Shown: positions 14,748 through 29,264, numbered from the stretch's first letter. The stretch is 64,000 nucleotides of DNA from Octopus vulgaris (GCA_951406725.2 OX597832.1:60574001-60638000); one strand, 5' to 3'. The notes: generated by a model from the sequence alone, not told the origin. Numbers and translations: made by a program.

Positions 14748-15454
14748 GATAGATAGATAGATACAAACACGTATGCAAAAACAGTGCGACACACATACAC
14801 ACATATGTACAGAGTAATAGGCATACGGAGACAGAGACAGGCGCAGACGGCGCACTCACTATCCTGATTACTCAACAAATAGACAAACACCACAGAAATA
14901 GACACAACAAGGTCACTCTAGTAGTTGAGCAACAGATATGCAATCATCTGCATTCATGTTGTCGTGCGGGGCTTACGGATGTGAGAGTAAGCCGACAGGG
15001 ACACTGTAGCTGTAGTGGTGGTTGTTGTTTTACACTCACTAACACAACCACCAAAACGAAAACACAGTAATATAACAACTACCAAAATTATTAAGTAGAG
15101 GAGGTGGGGGGAACAGGAGTAAGAGAGGGCTGGTAGGATCTTAAAATGATCTCCTATTAAGTACATAATCAGAATCATTATTGTTGTGACAACCATCCAC
15201 ATCATAGATATGACATCATTAAGTACCACATCAGTTTATGTGTGTGTGTGTGTGTGCGCACGCATCAGATAAGCTAACCTCAGACACCCTGTCTGCAAAA
15301 ACAGCTGAAATGGTCAAGTAGGAATGTCTTTGATTATGGGTAGCCTGCTGGTTGAGGTCCAAATGTAAACAGCCACAATTTATATTACTACTGGTTCTCC
15401 CACTACTACTGCTGCTGCTACAACTACTGAAACAAGGGAAGCTCTATATACTAG

Positions 15455-15630
15455 TTTGACTTGCTAGAAATAGCAGCCAAACCTATCTTCTTCAATCACA
15501 CCTCGCCGTCTTAAATTTGGGAAGGACACATTAGGTGTTAAAGTCCTAGGTATCCAAAGAAGATCAGTATGGTCTTGGCTGGAATGTTCAGCCCAATCAA
15601 AGTTGACCAGGGGCTGAACAACAACAAATA
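15455..15630 (+). repeat. Ancient dispersed repeat family (representative copy)
   Basis: GCTAGAAATAGCAGCCAAA...GGCTGGAATG...GACCAGGGGCT...ACAACAAC. Degenerate copies at about 3390, 3600, 11490, 33880 and 48135, and inverted copies at about 10380, 10960, 12200 and 46750. Confidence 0.55.
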
Positions 15631-15693
15631 CTGCTGCTGCTACTACTATTAATAATAGTAATAATAATAATACTAATGATAATAATAATAATA

Positions 15694-15905
15694 CTTTCTA
15701 CTATAAGCACAAGGCCTGAAATTTGGAGGAAGGAACTAGTCGATTACATTGCCCCAAGTGTTTCACTGGTATTTAATTTATCAACCCTGAAAGCATGAAA
15801 GTCAAAGTCGACCTCAGCGGAATTTGAACTCAGAATGTAGCAGCAGACAAAATACCGCTAAGCGTTTTACCCTGCATGCTAATGATTCAGCCAACTTGCT
15901 GCCTT
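15694..15905 (-). mobile_element. Family B SINE within an (AAT)n tract
   Basis: Reverse complement of 46259-46475. Confidence 0.8.
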
Positions 15906-17104
15906 AATAATGATAATGATGATGATGATGATGACGATGAATTTAATAACAACAACTTGCTAGAACATAAAAGAAGCCACAGCTTATATAAATCCAAGAA
16001 ATCAAAATAAAATCAGGAATATGATGAAAAGGAAGCGTGCAACAGTGTGTGCAGAAATGGATGAAATGTTACAGAATGCGGTGCAGGAGAGGGAAATTTG
16101 GTGCCAGGTGAAATAGATTGACGTGTTTCATTTATGGTAGTGGTGAATGCGGATATGCAATTGCAAGCATATTTGAGCGTTTGTGTTTGTGTGCGTCTAT
16201 GTAAATATAGAACAACATCTGTTGCATGTAGCCAACCTAGAAAAATCTACTCTCTAATTATATATACGTGTATATATATATTGAATGTGTGTGTGTATGT
16301 GTGTGTGCGCGCACACCACGTGTATGTGCACACGTGTGTTTGAATATATATCAGAAGAGTGCACACATGAACCCACATAAACATGTTTTGGAGCAGATGT
16401 GATTGCAGCATGTATTAATGCATTAATATGTAATTATGTGCTGTGTTATGCAGATTACAGATGTATAGAATAATAATGACTGCGATTAATAATTGTATGT
16501 TTGTACCTATGTGTGTGTGTGTATATACATATATGCATGCGTGTGCACACACACACACACAAATAAATACACATACAAACACACAGGTGTACTAACTTTA
16601 GAATGAGCACTCAACATGTGTTGTTGAGGTTAAGCATTCAACTTGGATCGATAGCATTTGAAACCTCAGATGTACTTTTGCCTCTGTGAAACTATGTAAT
16701 ACAGCATATATCCTAAAATCTAGATGAGAAATCTTGTGACATAACAGCTGCATATTAAATGAATTACTCACATGCACCAACAAAAAAACCTGGATGGCTG
16801 CTGAATCAGCAAGAAAGCAGCCACATCTTTTCCAGATCAATCATACTCAGCTATTTTAAAGTAAGGAAGGACATTATCAAATGATAATGTAATTGTAGAT
16901 AGATAATATTGGATGGTCATGGCTGAAATACTTTTCATAATAAATCTGTTGTCTCAGAGATAATGTAAGGACAAAACAACAACCATATCTATTTAAATTG
17001 AGTTTCAAATTTGTGAAAGTGCATTCTTTCTGCTTTCTACTTTTATTTTGAGCCAATAAATGTTGTTTGGGGATTAGGCGACTTCAAAAGAACATCATCT
17101 TCCT

Positions 17105-17300
17105 CATCATAATTTAATGTCTGCTTTCCATGCTGGCATGAGGGGGACAGTTTGACAGGGAACCAGTGCAGCATCAAGTTCCAGTGTCATCTTTGGCATG
17201 GTTTCTATGGCTGGATGCCCTTCCCAATGCCAAAGACTTCACAGAATGTAAAAGGTGCTTTTACATGCCACCAGCACTAGTGAGGTTGCCATGCTAACTT
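17105..17300 (-). mobile_element. SINE family C, degenerate
   Basis: Reverse complement of the 9276 copy. Confidence 0.6.
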
Positions 17301-19954
17301 GGAAGTCCAAAAAGAACAGAGAAGGAAGACGAAGAAAGATAGGAAAAACACTCCCATGACTAAGAAGTATTTGGGAGGGGCAGATGGAAACAAGTGGCTG
17401 TATGCTAGGTGTCAAGAGGTTAAAGTATGACAGAGGGACAAACACAGTGGGTCTTATAGAGGAGATATGTGGCTGAAGGAAATAAGAGGAAAATAATGAT
17501 GGGGTGCTAATTTTTCCCTAATTTTTCCTCCATGAAGTACATTGTAGGAAATTTGTTATGGAAAACTTGCAGTTTAGAGAATGTATATCAAGTAAAGCAT
17601 TTCTGCTAAGACAGCAGCAGATTTTGCAAGGAAGACTCCAGCCAAATGAAAAGATACTTTTTAAAAACAAAACTGGAGTAAAATTTTGATTAAATATTAA
17701 GATGTTTGCATTGAGTTATTTATCATTAATAATATTTTTGCCTCTCTTTTTATATGTTAAATTCGTCATTAGAGATATAACATTTTTTTACATTCACATT
17801 TAGATGTAAACATTAGACATAATGCAAAACATTACCATCATAAAATGTTTATCTTTGTAAGTAATGTCTTGTGATTTTCATTGGTTACAATGTGGGTTTG
17901 CATTTCCTCTCAAAATCTTAAATTCTTTTAACTTAATGTTACCTGAGAAGGTAGAGAAACTACCTTATCCATGTTTGTCCCATTCTTGCTGAAGATTTTT
18001 CTTAAGAACATGTGGTCTTAACTATTTTTAAAGACCACCAGGAAATATGTTATAAAAATCTGCGGCAGAGTGGTTAGGGGGTTGTTTTTATCTAAACTAA
18101 GCATTTGATAGGTATTTTAAAGCCAGTAGGAGAACATTCAGATTTAATTCTGAGTGGGGTAAGATTTAAGAGGGTTTTCAAAAGCATGTGATCTTACCAA
18201 TTTTCAACGACTATAAAAAAGGTGTGTGTATGTATGAGAGAGAGAGGTGGGACAGACAGTCAGACAGAAAATTGGCACAAAAATTGCTGAGCAGCTGGAT
18301 AAGACTGCAACCTACATAACATAAGGGTTCCAAGACTGGCATATAATAAATGGCAAAATGTTGCTTACACCCAGCATGGTATGCCCATACATATATATAT
18401 GTGTATTATATAGATGTGTGTGTACACACGTACACACAGACGGTGGCACCAGGTACCAAGCAATCCCACTCAACACCCTTGCAAAAGTAGTGTTTGCCAG
18501 TGGTTTATTAATAGCTCTCAGCCTGCTTCCAGCATGTATGCAATTTGCTATTTTAGGTTCTCCTTTCAGGAAGAAATACTAAAAGAGACACAGAAAGAAA
18601 GAGTGTGAAAGAGATGTAGACAGGGGGGGTGCAAAGGAGAGAGAGAGAGCAGTTTGAAGAAGAAAAGAGAGACGGATGAAAAAAATGAGCGAAGAAAATG
18701 AAGAAGAAAAAAAAGAGGAGGAAACTGAATCATCATGATGGAATAGTGAATTAATTAGGATTGTAAACATTCTTTCTCATCTCTGCTTTTCTGTTCAAAG
18801 AGAAATCTACTAAGGATCTACTTGAGCTTAGTGGAGTGGTGTAGCATGTTGCGGTGTGGTTTGGGTGTGCGATGGTGCAATGTGGAGTGGTGTGTGAGAA
18901 TGGTGCGGAGTGGAGACCACAAAAGACTATCAAAGAAAAACAGAGAGAATGGATGAAACCAGAGGGATAGGAGGGTGGACGGGGAAGGAGGAAGGAACTA
19001 TAATTGAGACGGAAGTCAGAGAACTCAGAGGGAAGTCTGCTACTAAACATCTAAGAAGAAAATAGAGTAAAACAAGGAAACACAGAGACAAACTTCACAG
19101 AGAAAACAGTAGACCATTTCCACATATACATATGCATACACATTGAATGTGTATGTGCGTGCACATGCACACACATATACATATATTTATAGGATATATA
19201 TATATTATTTTGTGTTTATCAAATGACAGTGGAGTGTGGCAAGTGGTGAGATGCTATACTGGTCCACACCCATCCAACCCATGCCAACGTAGAAAGAGAC
19301 ATAAAATGATCTATGATAATTACACACACACATGCACACACAAATGTGCATGGGTGTGTGCGTGTGTGTGTCTGTAAAAAGAGAGATGCCTTTATTTCAA
19401 ACATGTTATATTAAAGACCCAACTGTGTTTAAGTTTTATCCTTTTTTATCAAGAAATTTTCTTCATTCTTTTACCATCCTTTATATTTAGTTTGGAACAA
19501 TAAGCATTCTCAAAACTATTAACACTTTAAGGCCTCCAGTCTCATTATCTGAATGAAATGGAAAATGTATTGGCAAGTATTTCGCAGTAGGTCACAAAGA
19601 ACCAGGAGAATACTGCTATAAATGATAAAATTGTCAAGGTTGGATTAAAAATTATTCAGTGGTTAACTCCTGGTATATTTTACAACTGCAGTATCTGTAC
19701 GTTGATTTTTGGTTTGTATTTTGCTATTAATAAAATCTCCATAATTCATCTCTTTATCCTCAATAGAATTCAATATAGAAGGGTAGTGTTGTCAACAAAA
19801 ATCTTTTCCATCTAATTATATTATGTGTACTGTATTTTTAACGTGTGGTAATAATAGCTCCTGTTGTAAACAAATTGCCAATCACTGGAAAAGTATCATA
19901 CTTGTGTGACGGATATAACAGTCTGAGTCGTGAAGTTCATAACTTTTATACTTT

Positions 19955-20155
19955 GAGAGGTCATAAGCTCTGGTATTTTGGACATGGGATTACAATGTCA
20001 CAGAAAAGAATTGCAAGGTGGATTCTTCAAGCAGAACCATGTAGCAGGAGACCAAGAACGAGATGGTTGGATAGTATCCATAGTATCAGCTGGCTGTGCT
20101 TGAGAATCCAATCAGAAATTCTAATAACAATTACCTCCGACAGGTCCCTATAGAA
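19955..20155 (+). mobile_element. Degenerate 3' fragment of an RTE-clade LINE ORF
   Basis: Translation KLWYFGH...RRPRTRWLDSI resembles the RTE/BovB C-terminal motif (L.YFGH...RGR..RWLD.I). Confidence 0.6.
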
Positions 20156-20639
20156 GAAGTGCCTGAGGGGGGTCTACCTCCATGACTATTGGGCAGAAAA
20201 GATAGATGGGTGATATTTACATTGAAATGTATATTGATTAGACAAAGACAATGTTTATTTATAAATACATATATAAAAGTGAATGCTTCCAAAAACAAAA
20301 AACCCTAACAGTAATCTGCTCTAAGATATCTCTACACTATGTTGTAACTGAGACACAACAAGCTTCAGATATAGATAAATCAGGTGAAACTTGCAAGGAT
20401 ACAGTCTATACATCCGGGCTTTTAGTAAAAGTAGACTGTACAGCTGCATGTCAAAGAGTTAGTGCCATGAAAGGCATCTGGCTGTAAAACATTGCCTTAA
20501 GAAATCATCTCCACTCTATGCTAATACAAAAAAGTATAAGTAAAAAGAATAGGTCTGTATTATCACTATTACTAAATATTATTACTATTTTGCTTTCACT
20601 CAGGTTCAGTCTTATTTTTGGTAGGATTTATGTGGGTAG

Positions 20640-20780
20640 CAGGTTACTACCTGTAACCTTAAGTATCCACAAGTTTCCAGCAGTCTTTTAAGTGCTTAGA
20701 ACCCACCTGATAGTCCTTGCTGTCCTTAACGGGCAAACTTTCTGTAGGAACTCTACTGGACATTCTATTCCAATCTCCAT
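20640..20780 (-). mobile_element. Possible R4/Dong-like (RLE-type) non-LTR retrotransposon 3' remnant
   Basis: Minus-strand translation ...EFLQKVCPLRTARTIR resembles the LQKA.LLGTARI.R C-terminal motif. Confidence 0.4.
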
Positions 20781-21583
20781 TATTATTATTATTATTACCG
20801 TCATCATTTTGGTGCATGTGTGTATTTTGATAACATATGTATATACTTATTTATAATTATATATGCCCGACCACAAGTGCACTGAGTGTAATTTCCCCAT
20901 ACACACAGTCTCAAAGCCACCTTCCTCTGACTGGATGTAATTGGATGGTGGATGGGGTTATCAAAAGGAGTTAGTTAAGAAAGGAGAGACTGTATGTAAG
21001 TCATTCACATATGTATGCTACTTTCTGCATAATGAACAATCAACAATGCCAACCCACTTATTTTATTAATCACCAACACCACCACCACCGACATTATTGC
21101 AACACCCTCACCATCACCACCAACACAGCTATTAATACCACCTGCAACACCACCACCAACTTTCACTTTGCCACAAGTATTATATCAACCAAATATTGAT
21201 GATGCCATAAACTCAACCTTGTGATACAGCAGTGGTGACGAGGGATGTGTGAATAATTACGAGGGGGAGAGAGACAGAGACAGAAAAAGGGAGAGAGAGA
21301 GAGAAAGAAAGAGAGAGAAGAGGAAGTGACCGGGTTTGTACGAGACTAGTAGGAAGATGGGTAGATTGAGAGAGATAGAGAAACAGACAGACAAGAACAA
21401 GTTTTGTGGCTAATCCCTTGTGCAGTTAAGCTAAGCTTTCCACTAAGCAGGTCAATGTTTCTCTCTCTCTCTCTCTCACACACACCCTTTGCAGATGGTG
21501 CTAATCCCTCAGACACTACTACCACTACCACTTAAAAGCAACACCACCACTAGTATTACTACCGCTACTACTACTATTACTAT

Positions 21584-21617
<34 letters not shown>

Positions 21618-22589
21618 TACACACACCACCGCTTTGAATATCTACTAGTCACAACTACAAAACATTAAGCTATATAGATTAAAAAAAACAAACTAACAAA
21701 GCACACATTTCAGGAGGAAAGCTATTGCAATTACAACTGTTCATTAATATTAACAACAGGAAAAGGGTGCATAAACAACGTGCATGTGCTTTATACATAC
21801 ATACACACCGAGTCATTATGACATCCTTGCGCAATATATAAATATGTATAACTTTAATTCTCCACATGGTAGAATTAATCTGTGAAAAGGATCAGTGAGA
21901 AAATATTTACTGATTCTTAGATAGATTTATTCTTCAGATTGTTAGTTTTCAATGTGCCCACCATTATGAATACAAATTCTGATGTAATGCAAAAATTTTA
22001 GAAATACATTTTGTAGTGGATATTTTCATTAATCCTCTGAATCACATTAATTATCCAAAACACCTACGACATCTATAGCACAAGTATTGGTTGAATGAAG
22101 AATGGTGTCTGCATGAAGCTCATAAAAATGAAATACAATAGACTCAAATTTGAAGATTTCAGAAGCCTCTCTTTCAATTCATCTATTAAAGGAGAATTTT
22201 TCATTCAGAAATTCCATTTCTCTGAGTTCAAAAAGAGAAGGTGCAGAAACACTAAAATCCATGATCAGTTCTAATTGGGTGAATTCTAAAAATCTTTCCA
22301 AGCGCATAAGGATGTTACTGTACATAAACATACAAAGTCCACTGCAGTGGCATTGCATTGAGAAATAAGAAGGAATACCTCTAAGCATTCTGCTCAGTAT
22401 GTCAATGGTTTTGCTAGCTCACTTCATGTAATAACAACAACTTCTGATTTAGGTCAAAGACTAGTAATTTTGAGTGAGGGGGTCAGTCAATACCACTGAC
22501 ACAAGTACAGAATGGGAACAAATGCTGCAAGACACTTTTCCGAGTACTCTAACAATTGCACCAGTTTATCACTTAATAATAATAATAAT

Positions 22590-23278
22590 CTTTTCTACTA
22601 TAGGCACAAGGCCTGAAATTGGGGGAGTGGGATAGTCAATTGCATTGACCCCAGTACGTGACTGATAATTTTCTCATCAACCTCGAAAGGATGAAAGGTG
22701 AAGTCAAACTCAGTGGAATTTGAACTCAGAACATAAGGATTGTTGAACTCAGAACATAAGGATTGATGAAATGCCACTAAGCATATCAACCAGCATGCTA
22801 ACGATTCTGCCAGCTTGCCACCTTAGTAATAATAATAATAGTAAAATTTTTGCCGGAAGGGCAGCTTGTGGTATGAGTTTCACTCGTACTTGGGGATGAA
22901 TTTCACTCGTACTTAATTCATCATCCCTGAAAGGATTGAAGGTAAAGACGACCTCGGCGGAATTGGAACTCAGTCCATAGTGACGGGTGAAATACTGCTA
23001 AGCATTTCGTCCAGCGTGTTAACTATTGAACCAGCTCGACACCTTAGTAATAATAATAATAATAATGATAATACACAAAGCCAGCAATTTTGAGGGAAGG
23101 GTGATAGTCAATTACATCAACCCTGATCCACCCCAGTACTTCACTGGTACTTTATTTTATCAGCACAAAAATGATGAAAAGCTAAGTTGACCTTGGTGGG
23201 CTTTGAACTCAAGATGTAATTGGCCTAAACTAAATACCACAAGATATTTTGTCTGATGCTTTAACAACTCTGCCAGTC
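22590..23278 (-). mobile_element. Cluster of three same-orientation family B SINEs separated by (AAT)n
   Basis: Repeated GAAAGGATGAAAGG...GACCTC...GAACTCAG blocks at about 22685, 22930 and 23170. Confidence 0.75.
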
Positions 23279-24210
23279 AATAATAGCTGTAAGCAACGCA
23301 ATGCCTAATAATACTTTATACTGATAATGAGATAATTGGTTTGCTACTGTTAACAGACATTGTTGTTGTTACTGTCACCGCTGCTCTTTAATAAGCAATT
23401 TAAATAACCTTCACTTAATTAAAAGCTTCAAACACTTAGGATTATCAACAAAATTGTGTCATTTTACAACAGCAACAATAACTAGAATGAAACTCAGAAA
23501 GCTGGTTTAGCGACACATGCTCGCACACAGATAAGAGAGGGAAGGGAGAAGAGAGAAGAGGGAGAGAGAGAGAGAACAACTGATTAAGAAACAGAGAAAG
23601 AGGGGTAATCATAGTCATGGCTAAGAAGTTTGTTTCACAGTCTTGTGCATCAGAGATCAGTCTCAATGTGCAGTTCCCTGGGCATGTGACTTCCACTGTA
23701 CTCACAGGGTGACCAATGCCTTTAGGAATGAGAATTGGTAGACAGAAATTGCGCAGAATGAATTCACAAAACATGCAAATACGTAAGCATGTGTGTGTGT
23801 GTGTATGTATGGGTGCATGTTTGTGTAATACCACACAGACATGCCTATATCAGCATGTGTATCTATCTATCATGGACAAATGTTTTCCACTGTAACTTCG
23901 GGCCAACCAAATCCTTGTGTATGGATTTGGGACAAGAAACTGAGAGAAGCCTGTCTTTATATATCATTGCAATTATGTTAAACAGTCGTATGTCCAAATG
24001 GCCAAATGGTTTTTTTTTCAATATATACATTTGTTTGCAATAGCCCTTTCTTTTGGTCAAACTATCATATCTCCAGGTGTTTCAGATGCCATGATATCAA
24101 AAATTGTCAAAGTGTAGTACAACAGTTTTGCTATGGAATGGTGAAACAATTTCTTTGTTTTCTGAAAACAGAACATTTCGGACTTACGAAACTTTTGCAT
24201 AATAGCAATG

Positions 24211-24259
<49 letters not shown>

Positions 24260-25648
24260 GAATATGAATGTTAGTGTGGAAGCTGGGTAGATGCCCACCA
24301 AAAGCAAAGAACCATCCTTACTTTTGGGTGCTAGATATACTCTCCTGCTCAGTCTAACACCAGCACTCCTGGCCCTTAATTGTTTTCAGTTACAAGGCCA
24401 GAGAAAAGGCTCATGGCTCATGGGCACTACTGCTCCTCCAACAACCAAGCTATCGTATACACACACACAAATATATATATATATGTAGAGCAAGGTGGCC
24501 AAATAAAGGCCATATCGTTGGATGTAACAACTGTTCCTACACAGAAATGTATAGACATTATGGTATGGAAAAGGACAAGTTCATTAGCAACCATCTTGAT
24601 ACTGAATTAACACACACACAAGCTCTGGGCAATTTTATTTAGTTGAAGTCAATATACTCTTGAAGTTACTCGGTGCATGAGGTTTCCGGATATATTTCTG
24701 ATTATTTATATAAAAGGAATAATTTTTCCATGTGGAGGTGGGGATCGTTGGTTGGCAGTGGTAAAAGGATATTCTAGCAAATGACTTCACCTTCTTTACT
24801 CATCTGTTTCTGTTGTGTAAATATGCCTGTTCTTGTATGTGTGCATGTGTATACACATACACACGCGTGTATGCATTGAAGTATTTCTGTGTGTGTGTGT
24901 GTGTGTGTGTGTGGATGAATGTGTGTATAAGTTTTTTACTGAACATAAAAATGAGGGACCATAACTAAAAAATTTGTACTGACACACACAAACTCAAGTA
25001 CACACCCACTATCAATATTAGCTAAAGAAACACAAGACCAGGATGTTAAAAATGCAGATATACACAGACACAAAACACACATAAACACATGCAGATACAC
25101 ACACACACACACACAAACAAATACAGACACACAGGTCACAAGACAAACATGCACAGAGATTAGATCACTGAACAAGAGCTGAATATGTACTTGAAACTAA
25201 ATCTATAACCCAATCCTATAAACAAGTAGCTCTAAAAAAGCCTACAGACCACCACCCACATATTTAGTCCTCGTATCAACCATCACTAGCACCACCCCAA
25301 AAGCAGAACAACTTCACTGGAGTCATTTGTAAGTTGGCCAGATAGGAAAAGGAGATGCTACTTATGATATCATTCCATAGGTTATTACTTTAAATTGAAA
25401 TAATTGGTGTGAGCTGATGTATACGTTTATGTTTGTGTGTGTACATGTCTGGGTGTATGTGTATGTTCGACACTTGAGAAGACTACACTAGCTCATAGAA
25501 ACTCACTGAGCTGTTCTCGGGTGGACTGGTTCAACAGTAAGAGCCTTGTGAATTAAGCACAGGACCTACTTACATGGCAAAGCTGAATATAATGTTTATC
25601 AAGTATGTATGTGTGTGTGTAACATGAGAGAGACAGACAGAGATAATG

Positions 25649-25691
<43 letters not shown>

Positions 25692-26130
25692 CATTCACAC
25701 ACACATATATATATCAGTTAAGGAGGTTTTGCAATTCAAAGTAATGTGAATTCAAAGATGGTGAGTGAAGAGCCTCCGCTCTCACACACACACACACACA
25801 GGTGGTAGCAATAGTGGGGCAGTTGACAGTGATTAAAACAGGTTAAAGAAGAAAAAAGGATAAGAAGGATATTGTTGAGGGGAGGGGAAGAGGATACCAT
25901 ATATAGTTAAAGGCGAATGAGAGGAAGCGTGTGATAACAAATAAAGATAACACACACACATTAACAGATATGGGGTGGTGAGGAAGAAGTAGAGAGAGAG
26001 TGAAAAAGATTATTATCAAAACAGTATTGTCTTTGTATTGTCCCCCCTCCTATCCTCTACCCTTGTGGCAAATAAATGAAATCATTATTATCAAAATAGT
26101 AGGAATAGATAGATATGACTGTTAAAGTAT

Positions 26131-26187
<57 letters not shown>

Positions 26188-26393
26188 GGCTTCTTTTAGT
26201 TTCCTGTCTTCCAAATCTACTCACAAGGCTTTGGTCGGCCTGAGACTATAGTAGAAGGCACTCGCCCAAGGTACCAAGCAGTGGTACCTTGGGCAAGTGT
26301 CTTCTCCTATAGTCTCAGGTTGACAAAAGCCTCTGTGAGTGTGTGTGTGTTTCTCCTTCAAAACAGGTGTTATGCTTAAATTAGTTATTTGTT

Positions 26394-26737
26394 GGATCTT
26401 TTCGGTTTGAACGGCAGTTTTTAACATAATTTCTAGGCAACTAAAAAATTTTAAACTTCGTATACTGGTAGAATGTGTTTATAAAACATCTTTTTCTCTT
26501 GGCTTTATTGAGAAAATTCTATAGTTTGTAAGATATTTGTTGTTTTTTTTTGATGTAAAAAAAAAAAACATTCTGTGCCGAATGAATATGTGAAGAAAAA
26601 AAAGATAACCTTCCCCCCCACCTCTAACCCTAACCCTAAAACAGATTGAAATGCAATAGATCGATACTAGGGTCATAATTATGGGTGGCAATCTCATATG
26701 ACACCGCTAGAAAAAACTGCTGTTCAAACTGGGAGAC
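26394..26737. mobile_element. MITE-like element with inverted termini and an internal TTAGGG-type repeat
   Basis: CGGTTTGAACGGCAGTTTTT (26403-26422) is inverted relative to AAAAACTGCTGTTCAAACTG (26712-26731). CTAACCCTAACCCTAA lies at about 26624-26639. Confidence 0.55.
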
Positions 26738-27210
26738 TGATGGAAAAAGTACCTGGCTGAAGAGAAAAAAAAAAGAAAATAAGTACTCGGGTAAATTTCT
26801 TCAAGCTGGTGCCCCAGTATGGCCATAGTCTAATGACTGAAATGCATAAAACATATACCCATATAAATGCATATATATGTGTGTGAGTTACCTATATTAT
26901 GATATATATGCAAGAAAATAAATTATGTAATATATAATATATATGCTCGCTTATACATACATATCGAGGGAGGGGGCTAGAAAGAGAGAGAGATAAAGGA
27001 AGTGAGAGTAGTAAGAATTATACTTAAATCCCTTGTTTAATAATTAAACAATATTCAGTTGGGTTTTAATTTTAAAATTGAAATTTCAAAATAGTACGTG
27101 GCTCAAATTAAAAAGGAGAGAAAAATTTGTTTTTAAAATAAAAAAAATTAAAAATAGCGTACTTAGTTGAAAAAAATAAACGTAATTGCAACTATATTTA
27201 ATCATTGAAC

Positions 27211-27289
27211 CCAATCTAGCCAACAATCGCCATAGAGAAGCAGACGACATGTTAGGAATGCAGTGAATAGCAATCTGGAAGACGATTGG
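27211..27289. promoter_or_regulatory. Fixed-spacing motif module, copy 1: AGAAGCAGACGACA-N9-TGCAGTGAATA-N13-CGATTGG (CCAAT box on minus strand)
   Basis: Three identical blocks with identical spacer lengths but unrelated spacer sequence recur at 29858-29911. The upstream CYAATCTRGCC block is also shared. Confidence 0.5.
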
Positions 27290-28035
27290 CCCAGAATGTA
27301 TTTTCTCTCCCCCTCCCCTACACACTTCTCGTCGCCATGACTGAATTAGATAAACATCTTTCAGCGATAAGGCGTCGAAATTGTGAAATTATCGATTAAG
27401 GCGAAGAAATTCTCAAAAGATTTTAGGTCGATAAATGATGAGGGATGAACGTCCTTTGTGTGTATGTGTTTTCCGAGTGTACAACGTCGTCCCGCTGTGC
27501 CACATTTTACCATCTCTCTCTATATATATAGGAGCTTTATTGCTACGAATGAAGGGCATGGCATGTCTTAGACGGGGATTAAAAATGAAAAGTGTCATTG
27601 TTTTTATTCATTTAGGCGGACCTGATGAACATTTATTCATTTCGGCTATGCAGCTGCGGTCATGCTGGAGCACGGAAGGGGTTTAAGGCTGCAGATAAAA
27701 ACTGCCTGCATACACATACATATACGTTCTGAGTTCAAATTCAGCTGAGGCTGACTCTACTTTTCATCCTTTTGATATCAAAATAAAGTTGAGCATAACC
27801 GAAAAGCCCCAGGACACCTCTCCACAAAATTTCAGGATTTGCCCCTACAGTAGGAAGAAAACACACACGTAATGTGCCAGTGCGTGCATGTATGTATATG
27901 TGTGTTTCGCACCAGAGCACTATACACAACAATTTCATGGTGATTATTATTATTATTATTATTATTATATCGTTGGTAACACATAAATCCGAAATAGAAG
28001 CATATTCTAAGTTATAGAGCGGTAGATGACAAAGT

Positions 28036-28075
<40 letters not shown>

Positions 28076-28389
28076 AACACATGCATGCATATATTAAGTA
28101 CGTTTACGTACATGCGTGTGTATATTAGTCCACTGGTGTCTTTTCACAGTAGCCATGCATGGGCACATTGTATGCATTTGTGTACGTATGTATGTACATA
28201 TTAGCATACGTACGTACATACATACATGCATTCATTTACACTTACATACGCATACAGTAGAAGTGGATTTAACCAACATTTAAAAATATCAAAAATAAAA
28301 ATAAGCCCCACTTTTTTTGTTCTGGTTCTTCCATGTTACATCATTTCAATAAACATTATTCGCAGCTCAAATATTCAGATATTAATTTA

Positions 28390-28800
28390 GACACACACAC
28401 ACGTATATATGTATGTTTCTATGTATGTGTGTGTGTATGTATGTGCATGGATGTAGGCGTGTATGTATGTACATATGCATGCGTTTATGTACGTATGCAT
28501 GCATGTGCGTATGCATGTGTGTATGTGCGTATACATACGTTTATGTACGTATGTATTCGTTTATATACGTAAGCATGTGTGTATGTACGTATGCAAGTGC
28601 GTAGGTGCGTATGCGTGTATATACGTATGCAAGTGTGTATATATGTATGCGTGTATGCATATATGTACGTATGCATGCCTGTATGTACGTATGCATGTCT
28701 GTATATACGTATGCATGCGTCTATGTATGGTCGAATATGCATGTATGTACGTACGTACGCATGTATGTATGCATGCACGTATGTGTGTGTAGCATGCATT
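28390..28800. repeat. Degenerate alternating purine-pyrimidine satellite (TACG/TATG/TGCA units)
   Basis: About 400 bp of RY repeats with abundant TACGTA. Confidence 0.8.
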
Positions 28801-29218
28801 ATGAGGTTTACCTGTGTTTATTGAGTGCAGAAATATATTATAAACCACACTAATTCACCGGAAGAAGCACGAACAGGTAGAAGCCAACCCAACACCTTCC
28901 ATTAATTGTTAATTTTGTTAATTCTACACATCAGTTAATCATAAAACCCCTTCCTGACACCAAACCTTAAAATCAATTCTTGCATATTTGTTTTATTACA
29001 ATTTTCCCAGAAATTCTAATTTCCAATGTTTTAAAATATTGAAACGAGAAGAAATTGTCTTAAAAAAAAAAATGTTGAAAATACCAAAATGACAAAATGG
29101 GTGGAATATAGCTTTAATTTGAGGTATTGCGACCGTGTAGGGGGTGTGCATATATTTAAACATCTATACACACATACACTTATATATGCTTCATATATAC
29201 ACATATGTATTAGTGCAA

Positions 29219-29264
<46 letters not shown>

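Noticed and set aside
26748-26780. Strong minus-strand acceptor followed by CCAG|GTAC (recursive or microexon look-alike)
   Set aside because: It derives from the A-rich part of a family A SINE tail remnant, and the donor is weak.
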